Shown here: positions 43,107 through 53,904 of the stretch, piece after piece
How the letters are laid out: every line of letters begins with the position of its first letter
Numbering within the stretch: the stretch's first letter is position 1
From: an uncultured Acidobacteriota bacterium
GTDB lineage: Bacteria > Acidobacteriota > Vicinamibacteria > Vicinamibacterales > 2-12-FULL-66-21
Assembly (NCBI GenBank): GCA_963750935.1
Contig: CAVVSR010000002.1
Span: forward strand, 14,029-78,028
DNA length: 64,000 nucleotides
Direction of reading: 5' to 3'
Position numbers and translations under genes: made by a program
Notes under the pieces: model-generated
What the model saw: only the letters and a program-made list of their open reading frames with translations
Databases searched by the model: none
What the model was told of the DNA's origin: nothing

Positions 43107-44438
43107 ATGAGCTCACGGCTGATCGACTGCCTCTCGACGACCCCACCGCTTGCCGACGTCTTTTCCGATGCGGCCGTCGTGGGCGCCATGCTCGACTTCG
43201 AAGTTGCGCTCGCGCGCGCCGCGGCGCGGGCCGGAGCGATTCCCGCAGCGGCGGCAGCGGCGATCGAAGCGGCCGCCGTCGTCGATCGTTTTGATCCCGG
43301 CGCGCTCGCGCGTGACGCCCGCGAATCCGCCACCCCCGCGATCCCGTTCGTGAAAGCGTTGACCGATGTCGTCCGGGCGGACGACCCGGACAGTGCGCAG
43401 TACGTGCACTGGGGCGCAACCAGCCAGGACGTCACCGACACGGCGATCGTGCTGCTCCTGAAACAGGCGCGCGGCATCGTCACGGCTGATCACGCTCGCG
43501 TGGACCGCGCCCTGCGATCGCTCTCGGACGCCCACGCCGCCACGGTCATGCTCGGCCGCACGCTGCTGCAGCCCGCAGCGGTCATCACGTTCGGCCTGAA
43601 GGTTGCCGGCTGGTGGGCGGCGCTCGATCGATCGTGGCGCCGGCTCTCGGCGGCCTGGGACGACGTGCTGGTGGTGCAGCTTGGTGGCGCGGCAGGCACG
43701 CGGGCGGCGCTCGGTGACGGGGCCTCGCGGGTCGTCTCGGATGTGGCGCAGTCGTTGGGACTGGCCGTCGCGGCGCCGTGGCATACCGATCGCGATCGTC
43801 TGGGCGCGTTCGTCGCGGCGCTCGGCCTTTACACCGCCGCTGTTGGGAAGGCCGCGCAGGACGTGGTCCTGCTGATGCAGGCCGAGGTCGCGGAAGTCGC
43901 GGAGCCTGGCGGCGGGTCCTCGACCATGCCGCAGAAGCGGAATCCGTCCGGGTGCGCCGTCGCGCGGGCGGCGGCCGTTCGGTTGCCGCACCTCGTCGGC
44001 GCATTCCTCGCCGGCGCGGCGCAGGAACACGAGCGGGCGGTCGGCGGAATCCAGGCGGAGTGGCCGACGATCGCGTCGGCGGTGCAGGCGTGCGGCTCGG
44101 CCGCCGAGGCATTTGCGCGCGTGGCTGAGGGGCTGCACGTCGATACCGTACGCATGCGCATGAACGTCGACGCAACACGGGGTCTCGTGTTCGCCGAGCA
44201 GGCGGTGACGATCATCGGCGCGCGGCTCGGCCGCGACGCGGCGAAAGTGCTCGTCAACCAGGCCGTGCAGCGCTGTCGCGAATCCGCCCTGTCGTTTCCG
44301 GACGTCGTTCGGGGACTGCCCGAGGTGGCCCGGGCATTGACGCCGGAGGAGCTCGGCGCGATCGATCGCGTGGAGCGTGCACTGGGCGATGCCGAGGCGC
44401 TGCGGCGCGAGCTGCTCGGCGGCACGGGGGGATCCTGA
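43107..44438 (+). CDS. pcaB: 3-carboxy-cis,cis-muconate cycloisomerase
   Basis: 443 aa, fumarate-lyase superfamily, with the signature GSSTMPQKRNP. It sits directly after pcaHG. Confidence 0.85.
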   Translation: MSSRLIDCLSTTPPLADVFSDAAVVGAMLDFEVALARAAARAGAIPAAAAAAIEAAAVVDRFDPGALARDARESATPAIPFVKALTDVVRADDPDSAQYVHWGATSQDVTDTAIVLLLKQARGIVTADHARVDRALRSLSDAHAATVMLGRTLLQPAAVITFGLKVAGWWAALDRSWRRLSAAWDDVLVVQLGGAAGTRAALGDGASRVVSDVAQSLGLAVAAPWHTDRDRLGAFVAALGLYTAAVGKAAQDVVLLMQAEVAEVAEPGGGSSTMPQKRNPSGCAVARAAAVRLPHLVGAFLAGAAQEHERAVGGIQAEWPTIASAVQACGSAAEAFARVAEGLHVDTVRMRMNVDATRGLVFAEQAVTIIGARLGRDAAKVLVNQAVQRCRESALSFPDVVRGLPEVARALTPEELGAIDRVERALGDAEALRRELLGGTGGS

Positions 44439-45600
44439 TGGCCTTCGTCGAGCACGACGACGCTACCCACTACTACCGGGACGAAGGACGCGACGATCGT
44501 CCAGCCCTGGTCCTGTCGCATTCGCTCGGCCAGGACCACACGATGTGGGATCCCCAGATCGCCGCGTGGCTGCCGCATTTCCGGATCGTGCGCTACGACA
44601 CGCGCGGACACGGCGCCTCGAGCGCGCCCGCGGGGGACTACCGCATCGACCTGCTCGGCCGCGACGTCCTGGCCATCGCCGATCGGGCCGGCCTTCGCAC
44701 CTTCGCCTTCTGCGGGCTGTCGCTGGGCGGGATGATCGGCATGTGGCTGGCGGCCCACGCGCCGGATCGCCTGACGCACCTGATGCTCGCCAACACCTCG
44801 CCTCGGCTCTCCGATCCGTCGGCGATGGAATCGCGGCGCCGCAGCGTGCTCGAGGGCGGCATGCCCGCCGTGGCCGACATGGTCATGGGCCGGTTCTTCT
44901 CGCCCGCGCCGCTCGAGGCCAACGCGCCCGTCGTGACGTCGTCCCGCCGGACACTGCTCGCGACGTCGCCGATCGGCTACGCGGGCTGCTGCGCGGCGAT
45001 TCGCGACATGGATCAGCGGGAGCTGCTCGGATCGATCAAGACCCCGACGTTGATCATCAGCGGCACCCGGGATGTCTCGACGCCGTGGGATCCGCACGGG
45101 ACGCTGCTGGCGACGTCGATCGCCGGCTCGCGCGTCGTGCACCTGCGGGCCGCGCACCTGTCGAACCTCGAACGGCCGCGCTCGTTCGCGAGCGCGGTGC
45201 TCGAGTTCGTCGTGCCGCCGGCGGACGCGTCGCGCGAGGCCGGCACGCTGGTACGACGGGCCGTGCTGGGGGACGCGCACGTCGACGCGAGCCTGGCGTC
45301 GACGACCGACTTCACCCGCGATTTCCAGGACCTGATCACCCGCTTCGCCTGGGGCACGATCTGGTCGCGGCCCGGTCTCGATCACCGCACCCGCCGCCTG
45401 CTGGTGCTCACGACGACGGCGGCGCTCGGCCGCTGGGAGGAGTTCCGGCTGCACCTGCGCACGGGGTTCGCGCACGAGCTCGAGCTCTGCGATCTCGAGG
45501 AGATCCTGCTGCAGCTGGCGCTCTACGCCGGCGTTCCCGCGGCCAATACGGCATTTCACATTGCGGCCGAAGAACATGCCGCCTCGGAGAAGGGGGCCTC

Positions 45601-45604
<4 letters not shown>
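44438..45604 (+). CDS. pcaL: fused 3-oxoadipate enol-lactonase / 4-carboxymuconolactone decarboxylase (PcaL-type PcaD-PcaC fusion)
   Basis: The N-terminal half is an alpha/beta hydrolase (nucleophile GLSLGG). The C-terminal ~120 aa form a CMD domain (RFAWGTIWSRPGLDHRTRRLLVLTTTAALGRWEEFRLH). The start shares one base with the pcaB stop (TGATG). Confidence 0.85.
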
Positions 45605-47757
<2,153 letters not shown>

Positions 47758-49575
47758 ATGCAGGCGCCAGGGATCCTTCCGCTGCGCACGGTCATCGAGC
47801 ACGGCGGCGGCGCGATCTATGCGCGATGCCCGCAGCCGCTCGGCCCGTATCCCACCGCGATCACCGAACGCCTCGACTATTGGGCTGAGACGACACCGGA
47901 CCACATCTTCCTGGCGCGTCGCGATGACGGCGGTACCTGGAACACCGTGACCTTCGGCGCCATGCACGCGCGCGTGCGCGCGGTGGCGCAGGCCCTTCTG
48001 GACCGCCGGCTGTCCGCGAACCGGCCGGTCGTGATCCTCTCCGGCAACAGCATCGAGCACGCGGTCCTGGCCCTGGCTTCGATGTACGCCGGCGTCATGT
48101 ACGCGCCGATCGCGCCGGCCTATTCGCTGCTCGCGCGTGAGTTCACGACGCTGCGGGCGGTGTGGCAGTCGCTCGGTCCGGGGATGGTCTTCGCCGCGGA
48201 AGGGGACCGATACGAGCGCGCGCTCGCGGCGGTCGCGGGCGGCACTGAGGTGGTCACGTGTTCGCCATCGCCATCGATGCGGACCACATCATTCGCCGAG
48301 CTCGCGTCGACTCGAGCGACGTCCGGCGTCGATGACGCGAACCGCCGCGTGACCGGCGACACCATCGCCAAGATTCTCTACACGTCCGGTTCGACGGGGC
48401 GGCCGAAGGGTGTCATCAACACGCAGCGGATGCTCTGCTCGAACCAGGAGATGCTGCGAACGGTGCTGCCGCTCCTCGCGGACGAACCGCCGGTCCTGTG
48501 CGACTGGCTGCCGTGGAATCACACGTTCGGCGGCAACCACAACTTCGGACTCGTGCTCTACAACGGCGGCACGCTGTACATCGACGACGGCAAGCCGACG
48601 CCCGGGGCGTTCGAGACGACGGTGGCCAACCTCCGGGAGATTGCGTCCACGGCGTACTTCAACGTGCCGCGAGGATACGAGCTGCTCGTGCCACGGCTCC
48701 GCGCCGACGCCGATCTGCGGGCGCGGTTCTTCAGCCGCGTGCGCATGTTGTTCTGCGCCGCCGCCGCCCTGCGCCAGCAGATCGCGGACGATCTCGACGC
48801 GCTCGCGGACGAGACGCCGCGCGGGCGCATTCCGCTCGTCACCGGGCTCGGCGCCACCGAGAGCGCGCCGTTCGCCTTGTGCGCGGGCAACGCGGCGTTT
48901 ACCGGCGGGCGCATCGGCGTGCCGGCCCCCGGCGTCGAGCTGAAGCTGGCGCCGGTCGGCGAGCGCTTCGAGGGTCGCCTGCGCGGGCCCAACATCACGC
49001 CCGGCTACTGGGGCGACGACGAGGCCACGCGCGCGGCGTTCGACGACGAAGGCTTCTACCGGCTCGGCGACGCGCTCGGGTTCGCCGACCAGGCCGACCC
49101 GGCCCAAGGTTTCGTGTTCGAGGGGCGGCTCTCCGAGGACTTCAAGCTGTCCACCGGCACCTGGGTCCGTGTCGGCTCGCTCCGTGCGGCCCTGCTCGCC
49201 AGCGCCGGCGACCTGGTCCACGACGTCGTCGTCGCCGGTCAGGCGCGCGAATTCGTGGCCGCGCTCGTGTTTCCGAACGTCGAGCGCCGGCAGGCCATGG
49301 GTTGCGAGGCGTTTGCGACGGAGCTCGGCGAGCGGCTGCAGGCGTTCGCCGACCGATTCCCCGGCAGCTCCACGATGGTGCGGCGATGGCTGCTGCTCGA
49401 CGAGCCGCCGGCGATCGACGCGCACGAGGTCACCGAGAAAGGGTCCGTCAACCAGAAAGCGGTCCTCGCGAATCGTGCGGCGCTCGTCGAGCTGCTGTAC
49501 GCCGCGGAACCGCCAGAGAGCGTGGTGCACAGTGTCGAACGATCGGCCGCCCGTGAAGCGGCGCATCTCGATTGA
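47758..49575 (+). CDS. AMP-forming acyl-CoA synthetase, feruloyl-CoA-synthase-like
   Basis: 605 aa. The ATG comes directly after the upstream TGA. AMP-binding motif ILYTSGSTGRPKGV, plus WLPWNHTFGGNHNF, TGLGATES and EKGSVNQKAV. Confidence 0.8.
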   Translation: MQAPGILPLRTVIEHGGGAIYARCPQPLGPYPTAITERLDYWAETTPDHIFLARRDDGGTWNTVTFGAMHARVRAVAQALLDRRLSANRPVVILSGNSIEHAVLALASMYAGVMYAPIAPAYSLLAREFTTLRAVWQSLGPGMVFAAEGDRYERALAAVAGGTEVVTCSPSPSMRTTSFAELASTRATSGVDDANRRVTGDTIAKILYTSGSTGRPKGVINTQRMLCSNQEMLRTVLPLLADEPPVLCDWLPWNHTFGGNHNFGLVLYNGGTLYIDDGKPTPGAFETTVANLREIASTAYFNVPRGYELLVPRLRADADLRARFFSRVRMLFCAAAALRQQIADDLDALADETPRGRIPLVTGLGATESAPFALCAGNAAFTGGRIGVPAPGVELKLAPVGERFEGRLRGPNITPGYWGDDEATRAAFDDEGFYRLGDALGFADQADPAQGFVFEGRLSEDFKLSTGTWVRVGSLRAALLASAGDLVHDVVVAGQAREFVAALVFPNVERRQAMGCEAFATELGERLQAFADRFPGSSTMVRRWLLLDEPPAIDAHEVTEKGSVNQKAVLANRAALVELLYAAEPPESVVHSVERSAAREAAHLD

Positions 49576-50431
49576 TCCCCGGCAGCTCGCGGCCTTCGAC
49601 GTGCACGTGCACCTCGAAGCGGAGGAGTCGTCCGCGCCGGCCGACGCCGCGGCCCGCCAGTACTTCGGCAACGCCAGCGTGCGCCGGGACAAGCAGGGGC
49701 TGGCCGAGTACTACCGGTCGCGGAAGATCGGCTTCGTCGTTTTCACCGTCGACGAGCGGCTGACCGGGAAGCCACAGCTGTCGAACGACGAGGTCGTCCA
49801 GTTCGCGGTCGACAACGCCGACGTGGCGCTGGCGTTCGTGAGCCTCGATCCGACCCGCGGCCCGGACGCGGTCCGCGAAGCACGCCGGCTGGTGGCGACC
49901 GGCCACGTGCACGGCCTCAAGCTGCATCCGCCGGTGCAGCAGTTCTTCGCCAACGATCGCATCGTCTACCCGCTCTACGAGGTCTTCGCGGAAGCCGGGC
50001 TGCCGGTGCTGATCCACACCGGCCACAGCGGCATCGGCACGGGTGTCCCGGGAGGAGGCGGCATCCGCCTGAAGTACGGCAACCCGATGCCGATCGACGA
50101 CGTCGCCGTGGACTTTCCCGACCTGAAAATCATCATGGCGCACCCGTCGTTTCCCTGGCAGGACGAAGCGATCTCGATCTGCCTGCACAAGCCGGGCGTC
50201 TACATCGACCTGTCCGGCTGGTCGCCCAAGTACTTCTCGCCGACGCTGATTCAGTACGCGAACTCGCTGCTGAAGCACAAGGTGCTGTTCGGCTCCGACT
50301 ATCCATGGATCACGCCGGATCGGTGGCTCGCCGACTTCGAGACGCTGGCGATCAAGCCGGACGTGCGGCCGCTCATCCTCAAGGAGAATGCGATCGCGAT
50401 GCTGGGTCTGGGGCAGGAGCCGGCGCGGTGA
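49553..50431 (+). CDS. amidohydrolase-2 (ACMSD/LigW/LigI-like) family metal hydrolase or decarboxylase
   Basis: This is the real part of ORF 49169..50431. The start is GTG 49553 (or 49532), overlapping the ligase 3' end. Motifs: FDVHVH, HGLKLHP, VLIHTGH, IIMAHPSFPW, VLFGSDYPW. Confidence 0.75.
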   Translation: MKRRISIDPRQLAAFDVHVHLEAEESSAPADAAARQYFGNASVRRDKQGLAEYYRSRKIGFVVFTVDERLTGKPQLSNDEVVQFAVDNADVALAFVSLDPTRGPDAVREARRLVATGHVHGLKLHPPVQQFFANDRIVYPLYEVFAEAGLPVLIHTGHSGIGTGVPGGGGIRLKYGNPMPIDDVAVDFPDLKIIMAHPSFPWQDEAISICLHKPGVYIDLSGWSPKYFSPTLIQYANSLLKHKVLFGSDYPWITPDRWLADFETLAIKPDVRPLILKENAIAMLGLGQEPAR

Positions 50432-50447
50432 GGGTCCTCGGCGTCGG

Positions 50448-51168
50448 CTACGGAAGAGATGCGCAGCTAGGAAGGATGCGCGCCGTCGGCGCGGCGAGGG
50501 GCGTCGTCGCCGTGCCCGCCTGCGTGACGGTGAAGGTCAGCCCGCCAATCGTCATGGTGCCTGTCCGCTGCGCACCGGAGTTCGCGGCGACCTTGTAGGC
50601 GACAGACCCGATGCCGGTTCCCGCGGTGCCGCTGATGATCGTGATCCACGACGCCTGGCTGACCGCCGTCCAGGAGCAGCTCGTGCCGGTGACGACCGAC
50701 AGCGCGCCGCTGGTCGTGCCGGCGGCCGGATACGACGCGCTGGTCGCCGAGAGGTTGTAGGCGCAGCTGGTCGCGCCCTGCGTCACCGTGAAGGTAATGC
50801 CGGCAATGGTCAGCGTGCCGGTGCGCTGGCCGCCGGTCGCATTCGCGGCCACCGCATACGAGACCCAGCCGATACCGGTGCCGGTGGCGCCGCTGATCAC
50901 CGTGATCCATGACGCCTGGCTCGTCGCGGTCCACGAGCAGCTGGTGCCGGTGACGACCGACACGGTGGCGCTGGCGCTGCCGGTGGAGGGCACGGACGCG
51001 CTCGTGGCGGACAACGAAAAGGCGCACTGGCCGGCCGGTGGCGCGCCCGCGGCGAGCAGGGTGGCCGACTCGATCGAGGCCGACCTGGACACCGACCAGG
51101 CATGGACCGAGGACCTGGCTGACGACAATGCCGAGCAGCACGAGCAGCAGGCGCGTCCGAGGATGCAT
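50448..51168 (-). pseudogene. secreted protein with two tandem BACON/Ig-like ~85-aa repeats; frame broken just after the signal peptide (near 51095-51110)
   Basis: The signal peptide MHPRTRLLLVLLGIVVSQ is at the start of ORF 50467..51168(-). The repeats are in ORF 50448..51458(-): C.(F/Y).LSATSAS...VSVVTGTSCSWTA.SQASWIT.ISG..GTGIG.V.Y.VAAN....RTGT.TI.G.TFTVTQ. The repeat family was assigned by pattern only. Confidence 0.55.
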
Positions 51169-51239
51169 GGCGGTACCTCGTCGTTCCGTTTACATGGCTG
51201 GAGGGCACTCTCCGAGTGTGCACATCCCGCGCCGTCCGG

Positions 51240-51261
51240 AAAAACCCGCGCCTGCGGCGGG
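51240..51261 (-). terminator. terminator-like hairpin on the minus strand (orphan; possible attenuator or sRNA end)
   Basis: The minus strand reads CCCGC-cgcaggc-GCGGG followed by TTTTT. It lies about 70 nt upstream of the start of the 50448-51168 gene. No minus-strand gene is upstream of it. Confidence 0.3.
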
Positions 51262-51356
51262 AAAGCGGGTGTACGGGTGGGCGGATGGTGCCGGATCCGT
51301 GATGCGGCCGGCCATCCTGTGACGCAGATCTGTAAGCGGCGCGGGCCGCCCGGGCG

Positions 51357-51421
51357 CGTGCGATTATCGCCCGCCGCGTTCGATATCCGCCTTGACAGCG
51401 TTCGGGGGCGGCGCGCACAAT
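51357..51421 (+). promoter_or_regulatory. candidate operator plus sigma70-type promoter of the IclR regulator gene
   Basis: GTGCGATTATCGCCCGCCGCGTTCGATATCCGCC abuts TTGACA (51392-51397), followed by an 18-nt spacer and CACAAT (51416-51421). The architecture matches 39376-39440. Confidence 0.5.
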
Positions 51422-51474
51422 CCGCGTCGGCCTTGACCGTCAGGACCATACACCCCACCCCGAGACGTCGCTCC

Positions 51475-52269
51475 GTGGTTCCGGCCGCGAGCGGGGAGAG
51501 TGCGCCTCCCGACGCGGCCGATCCCTACTTCATGGAATCGCTGGCGCGCGGACTCTCCGTGATCCGCGCGTTCGGGCGCGGGCGGACCCGGTTGTCCGGC
51601 GCCGACGTGGCCGCCATCACCGGACTGTCGCGTGCCGCGGCGCGCCGCTGCCTGCACACCTTGCGCGTCCTGGGCTACGCGCGCGCGACCGACGGCGCAT
51701 TCGAATTGACCCCGGCGGTGCTGGGGCTGGGGCAGTCCTACGTCGGGTCGGTGTCGATCGCGAGCGTGGCGCAGCCGGTCATCGAGCGCGTCGCCGAACA
51801 GCTGCAGGAGTCGCTGGCGGTGGCCGTGCTCGACGGCGAGGAGGTCGTGTTCGTCGCCCGCGCGGCGATGCGGCGCATCCTGTCGGTGGAGGTGTCGATC
51901 GGCGGCCGCCTGCCGGCAGCCTATACCGCATCGGGCCGGGTCCTGCTCGCCTGCGCGGCCGACGAGATCAGGACGGGCTTCTTCGCGCGGGTCAGGTTGA
52001 GCCGGCACACGTCGCGAAGCGTCGTCGACAAGCGCGAGCTGCGCGCCGAGATCGACCGCGTTCGCGAACAGGAGCTGGCGATCATCGATCAGGAGCTCGA
52101 GCTGGGCCTGCGATCGATGGCGGTGCCGGTCCGGCGGCCGGACGGGGTCGTGATTGCGGCCCTGAACGTCGGCGTGCAGGCGGCGCGGGTCGAGACCAGG
52201 ACGATGCAGCGGGACTTCCTGCCGGTCATGCGCGAAGCGGCGGAGCAAATCGGCCGCGCGATCGGGTGA
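51475..52269 (+). CDS. pcaR: IclR-family transcriptional regulator (PcaR/PcaU-like)
   Basis: This is the real part of ORF 50788..52269. The start is GTG 51475 or ATG 51532 (MESLARGLSVIRAFG). The HTH is LSGADVAAITGLSRAAARRCLHTL. The IclR effector domain carries ELELGLRSMAVPV. Confidence 0.75.
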   Translation: MVPAASGESAPPDAADPYFMESLARGLSVIRAFGRGRTRLSGADVAAITGLSRAAARRCLHTLRVLGYARATDGAFELTPAVLGLGQSYVGSVSIASVAQPVIERVAEQLQESLAVAVLDGEEVVFVARAAMRRILSVEVSIGGRLPAAYTASGRVLLACAADEIRTGFFARVRLSRHTSRSVVDKRELRAEIDRVREQELAIIDQELELGLRSMAVPVRRPDGVVIAALNVGVQAARVETRTMQRDFLPVMREAAEQIGRAIG

Positions 52270-52299
52270 GTGGCCGTCTCAGAACAGGATGGAAGTGAC

Positions 52300-53398
52300 A
52301 TGACACACGTTCGATGGCGCCGGGTCGCCGCGGCGGCGCTCGTGGCCGGCATCGCGCTCGCGCTGCCACCGCTCGGCGGCGGCGCAGCGCTACACGGCGA
52401 AGCAGACCGGGGAGACGGTGGAGCTGCGCGACGCGCAGACCGACACGGTCATCTCGATTCTGCCGTCGGTCGGCAACATCGCGTTCGAGATGAAGGTCAA
52501 GGGGCACAACGTGCTGCGCTGGCCGTACGCCTCGCTCGACGAGTTCAAGCAGCGGCCGGGACTCAACGGCGTGCCGTTCCTCGCGCCGTGGGCGAACCGG
52601 CTCGACGAGCAGGCGTTCTACGCCAACGGAAAGCGGTATGCCTTCGACATGGAGCTCGGGAACGTCCGCGGCAAGATCCCAATCCATGGGCTGGTGACGT
52701 TCAGCCCGTGGAAGTTGATCGAGGTCAAGGCGGACGGGACGTCGGCACGGGCCACGAGCCGGCTGGAGTTCCATCGGAATCCGGCGCTGATCACGCAGTT
52801 TCCGTTCGCCCACGTCATCGACATGACCTACATCCTGCAAGACGGCGTGATGCAGGTCGCAACGCGGATCGAGAACCTGAGCACGGATCCGATGCCGGTG
52901 TCGGTCGGGTTCCACCCGTATTTCCAGCTGACCGACAGCCAGCGCGACGACTGGACCATCTCGGTGGGGGCGAAAACCCACTGGCTGCTCGACGCGACCA
53001 AGGTCCCGACCGGGCAGACCCAAGCCATAGAATCGATTTTTCCGGATCCGAAAGTCATTCCGTTGAAGGACTACGACCTCGATCACGTGTTCGGCGATCT
53101 GGTTCGCGACGGCTCCGGGAAGGCCGTGATGACGATGAAGGGGAAGGCGCAGCAGCTCGATGTCGTTTTGGGCCCAAATTACCGGGCGATGGTGATTTAC
53201 GCGCCGAAGCCGGCGGCCGGATCGGCCGGGGCGGCGGGCGGCGCGGCGGCGAACCGCAACTTCATCTGCTTCGAGCCGATGGTCGGCATCACGAATGCAA
53301 TGAACCTCGCGCACAAGGGACTCTACAAGGACCTGCAGACCGTGGCTCCGGGCGGAACCTGGGAGGAAAGTTTCTGGGTTCGGGTTCGCGGCTTCTGA
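52300..53398 (+). pseudogene. aldose 1-epimerase (galactose mutarotase-like), secreted; frame broken in the signal-peptide region (near 52375-52385); intact body from GTG 52418
   Basis: ATG 52300 gives MTHVRWRRVAAAALVAGIALALPPLGGG. The next frame continues with QRYTAKQTGETVELRDAQTDTVISILPSVGN (ORF 52418..53398). Epimerase motifs: PFLAPWANRL, IHGLV, GFHPYF, CFEPM. Confidence 0.7.
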
Positions 53399-53854
53399 CG
53401 GCAATCGAAAACAGCGTATCGCTCCGTGCAACGAGATTTCGGTATCCGAAACCGACTATCGATGTGCATACAGCGCTTACTCGTGCAAAGTCATCGAAGC
53501 GGTTTCATTGGCCAAAAAATCTAGACTCTGCATGCAACCTGCGCTAGGCTTCGCGGACACGACAGCCTGACGACAGACAGCAGACATCCAAGTAAGGGCG
53601 GCATGACGAGAGGGATTCAGGACCTCCAGACCCGCCAGGCGCAGCTTGCGTTCATCCAGCAGCGCGCCTGGCAGCAGTGCACGCGCGAGTCTTCGCGCGG
53701 TCCCCATCCTTTCGTCACCCTCCCCGTCAGCACGACATCACAGCGACATTCAGGCAGCACACGGAACGGCCCGCGATGGAGCGCGCGAGGCTGAGCGGAC
53801 GCACGTACGACAGCGGTTGCAATTCGTTGGAGGTTGGAGCGGGCGCCGGGATCG

Positions 53855-53868
53855 CGCAATCGATTGCG
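53855..53868. promoter_or_regulatory. perfect 14-bp palindrome CGCAATCGATTGCG upstream of the TonB-dependent receptor gene
   Basis: I read it directly and it is self-complementary. It ends 36 nt before ATG 53905. The related half-site GCAATCGA also occurs at 53401, and GCAATTCG at 53818. Confidence 0.35.
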
Positions 53869-53904
53869 GAGCCCACACATCGGTCGGTGGTGAGAGGAGG
53901 CAGC

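Noticed and set aside
53600-53650. Possible cobalamin riboswitch upstream of the TonB-dependent receptor (AGGGATTCAGG ... AGACCCGCCAGG resembles the GGGAA and B12-box fragments).
   Set aside because: The two fragments are about 15 nt apart instead of about 100 nt. The other conserved cores (GGTGAAAATCC-type, GCCACTG) are absent. The receptor is the generic CarboxypepD_reg type rather than BtuB-like.
53603-53794. 63-aa ORF in the long leader upstream of the receptor gene.
   Set aside because: It has no SD, a Gln/Arg/Ser-rich composition unlike the neighbouring genes, and no recognisable family. It is probably a chance ORF.
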